Origin: Oculina patagonica
Taxonomy: Eukaryota
NCBI RefSeq assembly: GCF_052425735.1
Contig: NC_135763.1
Location: forward strand, 17,374,298 to 17,438,297
Direction of reading: 5' to 3'
DNA length: 64,000 nucleotides
Of this stretch, positions 51,201 to 63,139 are shown piece after piece. A program made the translations under genes and the position numbers. Numbering within the stretch: position 1 is the first letter of the stretch; the number at the start of each line of letters is the position of its first letter. The notes below the pieces were generated by a model. It searched no databases and was not told where the DNA came from. It saw only the letters and a program-made list of their open reading frames with translations.

Positions 51201-53214
51201 GTCAGGTGGTCAAACATTACCCGCACGATTATAAACTGCTTGCAGTTCTTGTTTATGAAGAGATACATCAAGGTATTTTCGATAAACAAGTGTTATTCGT
51301 TCGTTTTATTAGTAAAATATGACTTATTAATTGCCATTTAAAGCAATTGTAACGTATTGAAGATTCATTTATTCTAAACTAGCTTTCTCTTTGTGGAACA
51401 TACATGGCTATAATGTAATACTATATAAATTTCTAATTTAATTTTTTTATTTGCAATTCAATAAATAACTATCATTTTGTAATATTAAAATGACTGGAAG
51501 AAAACGAATATTTTAATATTTATGAAATATGGCAACATTTTCAAGTTTGAAATACATGTTTCAGACAAAATCAAATTTATCACCAGTTCTTGTATAACTG
51601 TGACAGTTTACTTAGAGATTGATCTTATTTTATAAAAAATGTTCTGCTTCCAAAGAAGAAACATACAATGCCACTTTGTAACAAGCAGCACGATTACAAA
51701 GAATGAAAAGGTGCAACACATTATCATGATCATTTGAAATATGAATGGTTAAGTGTCCTAGAACGTACTTTACTACGATTCTTAAACTTTTTTAAAAAAT
51801 AAAAAGGATTTCAAGTTTCATGTCTCCTCCACGCCCTTCCTTGTTGACCAATTGCTAGGTGGAATAGTGTCCGATGACGACGCTACGAGACTTTTTATCT
51901 CGTTAAATTCTGATTGTGTTTTGGCGACGTTAAGATCACTGGTTTTAAGTTTATTTCACAGAAAAACATATATAGAACTACGTCAATAAGGAAATAGTCC
52001 AAATCCGGAAAATTTCATAATTAAGTTTTCTTTTCCCGATTTGAGTAATCAACCTAGGAACCACAATAAATTTTATTTTGTCATCCTAGAAGTGTTCAAT
52101 ATGGAAAATAGGAAAAAACGCGAGCTATATAGCCATTTCATAACAACATTAGTAACACTGAAATGGATGATATAAACCGATGTGTCTGAGACACGTTAAA
52201 ATGTTGTCGTTTTCCTTAACATATCTAAGTTATAAGTTGAATCTTGCTATGCAATCGTAAAACTAATAACCATAAAAAAATCCCTACAAGGCAAATTCAC
52301 GACCCAAAGTACAAATGTATAAGGAACACCTACCGAACTTTGTCACAAAGCTTTCTACTAATCTAGTAAAAACCATGCATATATACTATAAGGGTACAAT
52401 ACAGATAGATAAGTTACAAACAAGAACTTATCAAAAATAGCATTCATTGATTTTTCTTTTACTTATAAAATTATCATTACTCAATAACAATTGCTTTCAA
52501 GGCTGTAAAGGTAAAAAGATAATAATAAATAAAAGACAAAAACAACAAAAAGATTAACCAAAAATGACTGACAAACAACACAAAAGAAGGCAGAAAAATA
52601 AATAAAAAACAGCACCCTACCGATAAAAAAGGGTGGCTGATACCTTAAGGTAAACACGAAGAACTGTATAACAATATTTCATTCACGTTAGGTGTAATTC
52701 TCGGTACGTTTCTGTAAGACAATTTGGTCTTTCATTTTAATAACCTGCCTTCTTCTCTTGGTCAAGAAACGGCGGGAAAAATGTAAAAACTGATAGCCTT
52801 AGGGATAAAAAGGTAAAACAAGAAAACCATGACGAAAAGAAAACTTAACTAAAATTGAATTAAAAAAGTATAAAAATGTATAGCCCATCCTGAAAAGCTA
52901 CTTCGGCATTCTTGCTACCCTCTATGTGTAAATATTTATAGAACTTTTGCATTACAAACTAATCTCACTTGGGATTAAAGGGTAAAACAGCAAGAAGAAA
53001 AATGACGAAAAGAAAACTAAATCAAAAAAATTAAAGACACTTAAAAAAGTATACCGCATCGTGAAAGCCTCTTCGGCAGGCTTTCTACTCTGTACTATTT
53101 CTTGAACGTTTGCATTGCAGTTTAACGAAATCAGTAACAACTAATTGTTTAGCAAACAAGCAAGCAAAGCGAACAAATAGTTAGAGCATAATCTAATAGA
53201 AATACGATGTAGAG

Positions 53215-53460
53215 CTGTGACACTTAAGGAATGAAGATTGGTCCAAAATCGAAACACGTGATTAAACAACACTAGTGTAAGGCCCTGATTGGCTTCAAAT
53301 CAAAACACGTGATATAACAGCACAAGTGTAGGGTCCTGATTGGTTTAAAATTGAAACACATGATACAAAAACATGGTTACAAACACAACTGCACGGTACT
53401 GATTGGTCCAAAATCGGAACACGTGATTAAACAACGCCAGTGTACGTTCCTGATTGGTCA
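53215..53460. repeat. Four tandem copies of a 57-bp unit (CTGATTGGyyyAAAATCGAAACACGTGATTAAACAACAyyAGTGTAnGGyCC), each containing CTGATTGG (CCAATCAG reverse). They sit immediately 3' of the SLC35F6-like copy 2 stop codon. Copy 1 has a single unit.
   Basis: Read directly. The copy 1 equivalent at 34044-34075 has one unit. Confidence 0.6.
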
Positions 53461-53531
53461 CGTCCCCTGAGTAATGGTTCACTTTCTCCTGACCCTGGGC
53501 TGTCATTTTCTGGTTCATCAGTGGCTTGAAC
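53427..53531 (-). CDS. SLC35F6-like copy 2, terminal exon (VQATDEPENDSPGSGESEPLLRGRDQSGTYTGVV*).
   Basis: It is the paralog of 34040-34156. The acceptor is tttttttgtacag|. Confidence 0.45.
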   Translation of the reverse strand, partial: VQATDEPENDSPGSGESEPLLRGRDQSGTYTGVV

Positions 53532-53987
53532 CTGTACAAAAAAACACAACATTTCATGGTGTGCTAATTTGCTTTTATACAACCAGGCGTTATAAGCTAC
53601 AATTGAAGTTTAAACAGCAGACAACAAAACCAACAAGGTATAACCCTTCACAAAACTTCTGAAGCACCGATGTGCGGAAAAATAACGTTTGTTGTTAAAT
53701 TGGAAATAAACTGCAATATTGAGCAGAATAGGATACAATTATAAGAGTGGGGGGCTAAATAAATGATGCATATGACGAACTAAGATTTCCTTGTCCTTGT
53801 TTTAATGCGATTGTCACATCTAATTTAACTTACAGTCAGTCAGTCGGAAACAGAGAACAAAACAAAGAAAGGGAAACCACAATTGATAACTTTCAAAATT
53901 GGAACTTTCGAAGCGCTAGAGGATTAGTCCTGGATTAGCTTTATCCTGGTTTTTATAGTAAAATAATGATGAATACAATGATGTTAC

Positions 53988-54082
53988 CTGTTGTGGTGGA
54001 TCAGGCTTTGGCATCAATGGCGGAATAATTAAAAGTTCATTATAAAGGGCGGTGCCCAGCAGTAAGAAAAGGAATCCATCAA
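53988..54082 (-). CDS. SLC35F6-like copy 2 exon (DGFLFLLLGTALYNELLIIPPLMPKPDPPQQ).
   Basis: It is the paralog of 34839-34933. The acceptor is ttttccacag| and the donor is cag|gtaaca. Confidence 0.55.
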
Positions 54083-55439
54083 CTGTGGAAAATAAAAGTC
54101 GAATCAAAAAATGCTATTTTCAGGCATTTAATAAATTGAAATGCATATATTAAAAAGGACGTAATGAAAGCGTTAAAAGGGGTCTGAACCCTCCCTGACT
54201 TGGGCACAGCGTTAAATACAACGTTTACATGAACTTGGTAAAGACCCTTTGATTTTCATCCCCGACTGCAATTATTAGTATTTTCCGTTGAAATAGGAGG
54301 TGCAACAGTATAACATAATTTAAAAAAAATATATACAATGATTAAATAGTGAAACCCGAAACTAAATTGTTGGTTCCAACTTGCCATATTCCCTCCTCAA
54401 CAAATAAGTGCCCTAAAACTTTTGAGTTGAAATAGTTTTGGCTTCTCATCTTCTTGCCTTAGGTTATAAATATTCTTCCACATAATCGTTAAAAGCACTA
54501 CATTTCTTTTTTGCCACAGCTCAATAGAGCATGTCAACAACGACAGAGAAAGACGAGCTCTTACCTTGAAATATGCCATATTTACTGTCCCAAGCTTCAC
54601 CAAAAGCCTATCAACATAGACAAAAGTGACATTATCAGGAAACAAAATTACCATCTGACTACATGTAACAGCAAACTTACGTGTGAAAGGCCCTTTTACC
54701 GTATGCATGTTGTCACTAGGCATGCATTAGGACAAGCATCAGCATAAGTGCATAAAAAGAACGAACACACTCATTTTTTTTATACATGTACTATTCCCGC
54801 ATGGCATAAGCAAAAGCACAAGACAAGACAATCGTTCGCTTATCTTGTGCTAATGCTTATACGTATTCCTAGTGAGGACGGCGTAAGAAGAATGAGTGTG
54901 TTTGTTCTTCTTATGCGGTTATGCTGGTGCTTGTGTTTATGCACAGTGATAACCAACCTTAAGTTTTATTCACTTCTAAGAGGTTTGTATTGTTTTGTTT
55001 CGTTCTTATTTTGGTGGCGAACCGGTTAACTAGCTTTTTAGCTAAGTGTTCTGACCACACCAAATCAATTATTGCATTGCATTGTATTGCACTGGTAAGG
55101 AATGAAGTAGGCTCGATTACCAAGCGTGAGAGAGGGAGAGAATCGAGCCTAGGAATAAAGTCACTTTTAAGGGAAATGGCAACGTTGCATAACAAAATTA
55201 TGCCTCCACAAAGCATTACAATCATGTTAAAGTTCACTGCATTTTTTATAAAATTTGATGTCCAGAATATTCAACATGTTCGTTCAAGGTAAATGGATGT
55301 AGTTTTGACATGAACTTTGGCGTCTTAATATGAATGGAAATGATCAACACGGACGCAAATCATCGTTGTTTGCACGCAAATGAAGAATTTTCCTCAACTA
55401 ACATTTAATTGTTTTTTAGTCATTTATTTGTAAAAAGAT

Positions 55440-56391
55440 ATAGTGTACCGTATTTTCTCAATTAAACGCCGGGTACCGAATAAACGCCGGTCTGCAAGGT
55501 GGAGTTGAAAGTAGGCTCCTCAGGTATTTATTTGAGGTATAAAAAGCTGTAGGTATAAAATATAGATTTAGCCAAGCCTAAAAGCGGAGCTCCACACTTA
55601 TTTTCTTGTTCTTAAAATTTTGTGAAAATACTTTCATTGAAAATACTGTTAGTATAGGAGATTGCACGACCTTTTCGTAAAATTCATGATAAATATGGCC
55701 GCCTGATGTTTTGAAAGTTCTCAAAATTAGGCGAGTGCAATTTGAGAACTTTTAAAACATGACGAGTACCTTTTAATGATGAATTGTACGAGAAGTTCGT
55801 GCGATTTTTTAATTTATAGTATACAAAACAAAATTACACTTCGGAACAGTAAACTTTCTAACTCCTCGGTCTGGTCTTCAGAATACTTCAGGTGAACTTC
55901 GAATTCTAAAACCTTCCTAAGTCTTCGGACAGACATCAGAAAATCCTCGGAAGAGTTTGGTTCAACTCAAGTCTTCGAATCAACTTCGGAAATACTCGGA
56001 AGTCTTCGGGTAGACTTCAGAAATCTTCGGAAGTGTTCGGGTCAACTTCAGAAGACTTCTGGTCAACGTCGGAAAGAAAACTAAATGGTACTCCTATTAA
56101 TCGTATCTATAACAAAATTCTCGATTTTGATTGGTTCTTCGCGCGCCTATTTGTCGCGTAATTGGCGCGAGATCACGTGGGTGTCCAATTATAGGTATCC
56201 AATTTGAGCAACTTCAAATTGGATACCTGTAATTGGACACCTACGCCATTCGCGCATCAATCACACGCATATAAATGGGTTCTTTCTTGCTGTTTTCCCA
56301 CTGTTTGTACAACCAGTTGAATTTACCATTGACTTTTTCACACTAAAAAAGATTCTCAAAGACTTCCTAACCTCGAATTTTGTTATTGATA

Positions 56392-56430
<39 letters not shown>

Positions 56431-57313
56431 AGAGTAATCGTGCTCGTAATTTCAAATCGTTCTCGCGCTGCGCGCTCGGCCGATTTTGAAATTACTCGCC
56501 CCATTACTTCCTGAATTGTACTCCACTCAGTCCAATTACTATTATTAATTGCACTGCTCTCGTCCAATCAGAATCCAGTAATATTTTTGAGTGTACTATA
56601 ATTGAAGTAATTAAACGTATACTAGTCAAGAACGATCCATAGACGAAATAAATCGTCCACTTCAATCGAAAAAAAAAAATACGTTTACAAAATCCTGCCA
56701 TTACCCTGGGCAAGAAAAGTAGTTGAAATATTCGGCCAATAAATCTTGCCCTCCTGCCGTTGTACCAGCCTTGTAATCAATTTGGTTTTAAAAGAAAAGT
56801 AGGATTTGAGCCCGCGATGCAACGGAAAACTCAAAAAGACACATGAACTCGATGAGTTGTACATCTGAGCCCGCGATATGGTCATGTGATACTGGTCAGC
56901 GGATACCTTGTTTTGACAGCTGTCAATTGACCATAACATGGGTGACCAATATCAAAGAAACAAGTTGACGTTCCTTGGGATATGATATGATGACATTCTC
57001 CTCCTCCCGATCGGGTTGCCTTGTGACTCCCTTCCCCCTCCCCGAAAGTCTGTAGGCGCGGCGGGCGTACGCTCACTCGATAACCAAATTTTCTCGGCTC
57101 TATGGGTTAACCAAATTTCCTTACCCATGGTGCTCCGCTGGCGCGCTTCGCGCACTGGAGCTCCGCTATTAGCAAGATGCATTTCTGTCAAATGACGAAA
57201 ACCGTTGCTTAAAAAAATGGGCTCAAGTAAACTGCAGGAGTCAAATAAACGCCGAGTCTGCCAGGCTCAGTTTAAAATAAACACGGGGAGCGTTTAATTG
57301 AGAAAATACGGTA
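55440..57313. mobile_element. Non-autonomous Tc1/mariner-type element of about 1.87 kb. It has a TA TSD and TIRs CCGTATTTTCTCAATTAAACGCC with subterminal AAACGCCGG repeats. It contains an internal block of about 20-bp tandem repeats (55850-56090) and several long palindromes (56183-56245, 56400-56560).
   Basis: The left end is at 55438 (ta|ccgtattttctc). The right end is at 57313 (gagaaaatacgg|ta). No ORF. Confidence 0.5.
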
Positions 57314-57367
57314 TGTGGTAAACTAGCTCGTACGTCCACAATTTGCCTAAAATGACATTTGCAGTAC

Positions 57368-57450
57368 CTCATGAAAGACGTAGTGTACAAAAAGGTCGAC
57401 AACCCACACAACAATCGTCCTGAGAGCATCAATAAGTGTTCTGTGGACAG
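57368..57450 (-). CDS. SLC35F6-like copy 2 exon (VHRTLIDALRTIVVWVVDLFVHYVFHE).
   Basis: It is the paralog of 36112-36194 with identical splice signals. Confidence 0.6.
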
Positions 57451-57891
57451 CTGAAAAGGAAAAACTAATTCAATGTATCCCATTGTATCCCAATATTAAT
57501 AAATCATTTAATGTCATTTTAAAAATGACATGTCAAAGGTAATACTCCCCTTTGTGTTTTACTCCTTTCGTTTTCAGCAAAATACCTTTTAAAAATTTAA
57601 CAGAAACCACCCTTTCTAACAAGGTTGTTATATCGTTTAAATGGCACATTACACAATTAATAAAAGTTAGTCACTTTTGGGATTCATCTACCGGCCGACA
57701 ACAAAACCATAATTCAAAAACAATTTAATAAATGACTGAAGAATCCATACAACTTTGCATTAAAAATTAAGATCATTTGTACAAAGATAAAATAAAAACA
57801 AACTAATGGTACAAAGCAATTCGAAAACCTGAAGAGTAACAGGAACAAGGAATTGTTATTTCCTGCAGAAATTGCTCGGAACCCTTCTTAC

Positions 57892-57957
57892 CTGTTAAAG
57901 ATTTTGTGACTGAGAGTCCAAAGAAATTGTAAAACGAAATAGAACAGATATACAAAA
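57892..57957 (-). CDS. SLC35F6-like copy 2 exon (VLYICSISFYNFFGLSVTKSLT).
   Basis: It is the paralog of 36402-36467. Confidence 0.55.
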
Positions 57958-58248
57958 CTGCAAAACAAAAGGTTAAAACATTAATCCTATGAATAACATT
58001 TGTGGCAAAGAAAATAAAAATAGAATTTCTTAGAAAATAAATAGACGTTCGTTTTACCTGCAAATGGTCGCGATAAAAGCAAGCTTTTGACGATTTTTTG
58101 AAAAAAGACAACACCGTTATTACGATTTAAGATACGTTTCGATTGAAAAGTGTCGTTGACAGTTATAATGTTAAATTTGAATTTGTTAACCTTAAAAACA
58201 GATCCGTGATAACAAGTGTTAGTTATTTAATAGAATAACATATACCGT

Positions 58249-58695
58249 ATTTTCTCGATTAAACGCCGGACCCCGATTAAACGCCGGCCTCGTATAAACG
58301 CCGGGTTAAAATTGCTAGTTTTTAAATAAACGCCGGGGGCGTTTGTTCGAGGTCTCGGCGTTTATTTGAGGTCAAGCTAACAAGTAACTATATTCTGTTT
58401 GTCACAAATCTCGATTTCAACATAAACTATCCAATCCGTAACAGTGCACCTTTGGGAAATAATCACCTTTGGATACCCAGGGACACTTTTTCGGGGCAGA
58501 ACGAAGAGAAAAATCGTCCCGCTTTGACAAACTGCCCCTTTGTCTTGAAGATCGGTAACAATAAAACAATCTGAAAAATTGGCAGAAAGTTGTAGTCCGT
58601 TAATAAACGCCGGGCCCCGATTAAACGCCGGCTTCAAATAAACGCCGGGTTCATGAAGCCAAGTTTGAAATAAACGCCGGGGGCGTTTATTTGAG
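58249..58695. mobile_element. A 450-bp MITE of the same family as 55440-57313 (TIR CCGTATTTTCTCGATTAAACGCCGG...), with a TA TSD. It lies in an SLC35F6-like copy 2 intron.
   Basis: The termini match the larger copy. Subterminal AAACGCCGG is present at 4-5 copies per end. Confidence 0.55.
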
Positions 58696-58884
58696 AAAAT
58701 ACGGTAAGCTTATACATGTAACAACAATTATAACATTGTTGTGATTTAACAAGGTGCTATGGCCTAGACGCACACTCTAAATTTAACCACACACATCAGA
58801 AGAGCATTTCTTGCAAGTGAGTTATTTGCCCCCTTCTCTTCGGTTTGCAACAATGTGTGATATCACTGCATTTTATTTCCACAC

Positions 58885-58999
58885 CTGACATAATTAACAG
58901 TTTGGCATCATTCTTCATCATCAACAGTGCATCAAGACTGTTCTCGTAGCTGTGGTGGTTCTGGTCTCCTGGAATGTAGTACAGCACAGGAAGAACTAA
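58885..58999 (-). CDS. SLC35F6-like copy 2 exon (LVLPVLYYIPGDQNHHSYENSLDALLMMKNDAKLLIMS).
   Basis: It is the paralog of 36907-37021. Confidence 0.6.
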
Positions 59000-59075
59000 C
59001 TGTAACATAAAGACACGTACAGGCAGTAGTCAGACACAGGCAGTAGTCAGACACAGGCAGTAGAAGCACGCACGC

Positions 59076-59429
59076 TATTCAGGTACGCTTTTAGTGCACC
59101 CAGAAGGGAAAATGAAAAAGTCTTTTGGTGACAGATCTTTCAGTGTCAGTGCGCCTACACTTTGGAATGCGCTTCCAGCTAGCCTTCGTAATATTAGTTC
59201 TATTTTTAGTTTTAAATCTCGTCTTAAAACATATCTTTTTAAATTAGCTTTTTTTTTTTTACTTTTAGATCTAGTCAATAATGTGTATATAGTTAGTATA
59301 TTTCAATATTTTTATGTTTTAATATTGTAATGTATATAGTTAGTATATTTTAATATTTTAATGCGCATTTGCTCATTTACATGTTAAAAAGCACAATATA
59401 AATTCATAAATTATTATTTATTATTATTA
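59076..59429 (+). mobile_element. SINE-like retroposon insertion of about 350 bp with an A/T-rich 3' tail. It is flanked by a duplication of about 16 bp (TAGTCAGACACAGGCAGTA). It lies in the SLC35F6-like copy 2 intron.
   Basis: The flanking direct repeats are at 59042-59075 and 59430-59450. The tail is ...ataaattattatttattattatt. An internal pseudo-ORF peptide (...SFKSRLKTYLF...) is like a motif I believe recurs in metazoan repeat-derived ORFs, recalled from memory rather than checked. Confidence 0.4.
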
Positions 59430-60266
59430 GTCAGACACAGGCAGTAAGTCAGATACATTTTACTGCATGTGCCAAGCTGTAGGCAGATGAAATACATTGT
59501 AGTCGGAATAGAGCGATTTCCACGGTCCCGGTGTCAAAAGTAATTTGCATTTCCTTTGTTTTTTGCATTATTACGCTAAGTAATTGGTTTAAAAAAAAAC
59601 TCCCGCCACTTTCTCATTCAGTCAGAAGGAAAACCAAAACCAACCATGACTCGCTCACACACATTTTCAAGTACTTTACATGCTTCCCGTACATGTATTT
59701 GCTTCGAGTTGTGACTAGATCACTGGATTTTCTGTGTCTTTTGTGATTGGCCAGAGTCATTACTTTGGTTTTGGTTAACGAAACTCAATCTAAAATCGCT
59801 CTTTAATTGTCTTTTTAAGCATCTAGTGTCCCTTCAACTGAACCAAATTAATATACCACATGCATGTTCGGTTATTTGTGCATGGGGCAAATTTATCATT
59901 TTTCAGATATTTCAATTTAGTTGTATTGCGGAATGTGGCTCGTTGTCATTAATTTTATTAACAATTTAAATGTGGCAAACAGTCTTAAGGTAGTGCATGC
60001 CTTGATGTGTGTTACGTGTATGTTCAGGTATGATTTTAAATAAACAGTTATTGCTGGGAATGTGCACATAGTCTTGGCTTTTGGTTTTCAGGGAGAAAAA
60101 TACAACTTTTTACACCAGTAATTTCACTATAAGTAAAACATTAATTTTAGCAGGATTTTGAAAAAGTAATCGAGTTAGATTTCAATCTGGGACTCTCAAC
60201 CAATACGAGACAACCTTCTGCTTTTAAAACAATAAACAAATAATTACAAATGAAATGTGTACTTAC

Positions 60267-60311
60267 AACACTCATGAAAATAATTCCAAAGAAGCCTTCC
60301 ATTCCAACAAC
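60267..60311 (-). CDS. SLC35F6-like copy 2 exon of 45 nt (VVGMEGFFGIIFMSV).
   Basis: It is the paralog of 37732-37776. Confidence 0.55.
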
Positions 60312-60371
60312 CTAAATCATGACAAAAAACGCCAACAAATTTAACTGACTACATGTATGCGTGACTTAAAA

Positions 60372-60740
60372 CACTGTCACAGGGATTTCGATTTTTTTCG
60401 GTTAAAAGTACTAATATCGGCGAACAGGTATTCTCGTACATGAAATGCACCTAGTCAATCAAGATGGAGATATAAACTATATTGTTGTTGAAGGAACAAG
60501 GAAGCCATAATAAATTTTAGGTGTTTTTCCATTCCACAAGGACAAAAATTGACAAAAATCGAGCTGATTTTTTCAAGTTGAGATCTTAAGTTCCTCATGG
60601 CATTGTAATAATACCACTTGTTTATTGCTTCAGTACACTTCCATGGTGATTTTTAATAAAATTGGACCACTATTCGTAGTTTAATATGTCTTTAGGCTCT
60701 TGAGTTTTTTAAGTGAAACTGGTGACACTGTGCCCCTTTA
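60372..60740. mobile_element. Degenerate member of the TTAA-MITE family (...GGTGACACTGTGCCCCT|TTAA).
   Basis: The right TIR and TTAA are intact. The left end is eroded. The internal sequence is homologous to 37155-37541. Confidence 0.35.
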
Positions 60741-61085
60741 ATATTAACAGCTTTAGACTGCAAGGTTAGAGGTTTTACACAGAAATGCTGAAATTACACA
60801 CAGGTAAAACCTTGCAAAAATCATTCTGATGTAATGTATATGAAATGATTCATATATGAACTGCGGATGTATATAAAAGTGATAAATTATCATCGCAGTG
60901 AAGCCCTGAAGTTTTTTCAGGCTTCTTTATTTCCAATTGCTTAAATTAGAAATTCACTGCGATGATCATTTATCACTTTCATATACATCCACAGTTCATA
61001 ATATGAATCATTTCATATACATTACATCATTTCACTCCTCTCACGGGAAAATATGAACTCACAGTTGACTTCGCTCCCAATGCGT

Positions 61086-61125
61086 GGCTTCAATAGCTCA
61101 GTTGGTAGAGCATCGCACCGGTATC

Positions 61126-61159
<34 letters not shown>
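61086..61159 (+). tRNA. tRNA-like gene with a perfect 7-bp acceptor stem (GGCTTCA/TGAAGCC). It has a D-arm TAGCTCAGTTGGTAGAGC, a T-arm ACGGGTTCGAATCCCGT, an anticodon loop CCGGTAT (Thr-GGU-like if canonical) and one extra nt before position 8. A T7 Pol III terminator follows immediately.
   Basis: The cloverleaf is readable by eye. The run ctgaattttttt follows directly downstream. The anticodon loop and the A31·C39 mismatch match the 8-kb units. Confidence 0.5.
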
Positions 61160-61337
61160 TGAATTTTTTTCAGGCTTCTTTATTTCCAATTGCTTAAATT
61201 GGAAATTCACTGCGATGATCATTTATCACTTTCATATACATCCGCAGTTCATATATGAATCATTTCATATACATTACATCATTTCACTCCTCTCACTGGA
61301 AAATATGAACTCACAGTTGACCTCGCTCCCAATGCGT

Positions 61338-61410
61338 GGCTTCAATAGCTCAGTTGGTAGAGCATCGCACCGGTATCGCGGAGGTCACAGGTTGAGTCCC
61401 GTTGAAGCCC
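61338..61410 (+). pseudogene. Tandem second copy of the 61-kb tRNA-like unit, with a degenerated T-loop (ACAGGTTGAGTCCCGT). It is a likely tRNA pseudogene.
   Basis: The 243-bp direct repeat 60906-61148 and 61149-61393 carries a second unit, which has a 1-nt deletion and substitutions in the T-arm. Confidence 0.45.
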
Positions 61411-61537
61411 TGAATTTTTTTCTAGGCTTCTTTATTTCCAATTGCTTAAATTGGAAATTCAATCACTGCGATGATCATTTATCACTTTAATAATCATTCT
61501 AGCACTTGGCTGTTTTCACTTTTTAACAAAAACTTAC

Positions 61538-61632
61538 CTGTAAAGGATGGTACTTCCTTTTCTTCAAAAATAATTCCTCTACAATCATCTGTGTGGCACT
61601 GACGCTCTGACCAGCCAAGATTAAAACAATAC
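61538..61632 (-). CDS. SLC35F6-like copy 2 exon (VLILAGQSVSATQMIVEELFLKKRKYHPLQ).
   Basis: It is the paralog of 41549-41643. Confidence 0.6.
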
Positions 61633-61828
61633 CTGATCACAAAATAAGAGAAAAAGAATACACAATGGTTTGAGGAGAAAAGAAAACATACTGTTAATTA
61701 GCACTTTGTGATTAGTTACGGATATGTTAAAAGTATTTGACAAAAAAACACATTAACTTAATTACTATACCAAATGTCGAGAACATATAAATATGTAATT
61801 ACTATTAGTGATGCATGTAATTGTTTAC

Positions 61829-61907
61829 CTAATACAACCTGCCCTTTAGTGGCTCCCTGGTGATTGTCTCTCAGAACACTTGATAATCCAACAAGTACTA
61901 AACCAAA
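61829..61907 (-). CDS. SLC35F6-like copy 2 exon (FGLVLVGLSSVLRDNHQGATKGQVVL).
   Basis: It is the paralog of 42168-42246. Confidence 0.55.
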
Positions 61908-62883
61908 CTGCAAATTATATATGATAACAGATAAAATGATCAGTAAATTTCTACATGGTAAATGTAATTTTGACCATTGATACCCTATTCTACTAGTTTA
62001 AGGCAAACATTCAGTTGTATCAATGAGTGTCAATAAACAAAACTGTTCTAAAGATAGTTATCACAACTACACATACATGTGCATTTTGCTGATTACAACA
62101 TCACTCTTTAGCAAGCTGCTATCAAATTTTCCTTGCCTGGGGCTGTTGCTTGCTTATAATTTATTTGGCAGATCAATGACTTGCCTGGGCACTTATTAAC
62201 TAAAACCAACCAATGATAACAGTGCTTCATTGGCGGCCTTCAGGTCCAATGTTTTCAAGTACTAAGTACATTTTATAGACTGGGTAAAGTTTCTACAGTG
62301 TACAACCGGCCTCTGTTTTTTTAAAGTAGTGTACATAAATATCTCACTAGTGACCAAGCTTGCTTGGAACCATACCAGGAGAATATCAACCCTTGCTGCA
62401 CTTGATCTGAAACATTTGTCAACATGAAGGGCAAATATCTCCCAGTACAGCCCTTGCACTAGGGTAATAAGATTTCAATATAATCATGACAGCAGCTGCT
62501 CACAGTCTGAAACAACCACAGGATATTTGCCTACTTGTAGTATCATACTCCATAGGCTGCAAAATGAAAAGTGCACTCTGCATGTTTTACATGCATACCA
62601 ACCCTCCAAGTTAAGACCATTTTAGTCGCCATGGCGACTAAAATTTTGGAGCTGGCGACTGGATTTGAACTGTAGTCGCCAGCCTGGCAACTAAAATTGA
62701 GAAGGATTGAAAGCGTGAACTTAATTTAGCTACTAAAATTTTTCACTGGCGACCAAACTTGAGCAGTCAGTTGCCAAATGGCCACTAAGAAAAAAAATAA
62801 ACTTGGAGGGTTGCATATATATATTAGTTTAGAGCTAAAGTAAAGATTGCAACAAAGATAAATAATATTTTTTGACATCATAC

Positions 62884-62943
62884 CATGGTAACAACCATGC
62901 CAATCCAGTGAATTGGCCATAACTTTCTCTTGAGAAATATTTT
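62884..62943 (-). CDS. SLC35F6-like copy 2 exon (KIFLKRKLWPIHWIGMVVTM).
   Basis: It is the paralog of 42873-42932. Copy 2 exons further 5' were not found before the window ends. Confidence 0.55.
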
Positions 62944-63068
62944 CTAAACAAAAGAAAAAAAAAAGATTTAAAACAGAAAGTATGAAAATTAATAGTGCAA
63001 GTCAAGTTTCAAGTTTATTTTTTTGCCACTCATAGACTAATAAAATAACAATACAGCATATTAAAGAA

Positions 63069-63128
63069 AAACCACTTGTAAGGCTTTTAATAAACATAAT
63101 GTTTATTAAAAGCCTTACAAGTGGTTTT
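63069..63128. repeat. Perfect 60-bp palindrome (AAACCACTTGTAAGGCTTTTAATAAACAT|ATGTTTATTAAAAGCCTTACAAGTGGTTT).
   Basis: Self-complementary, read directly. Confidence 0.8.
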
Positions 63129-63139
63129 TTACATTAGTG

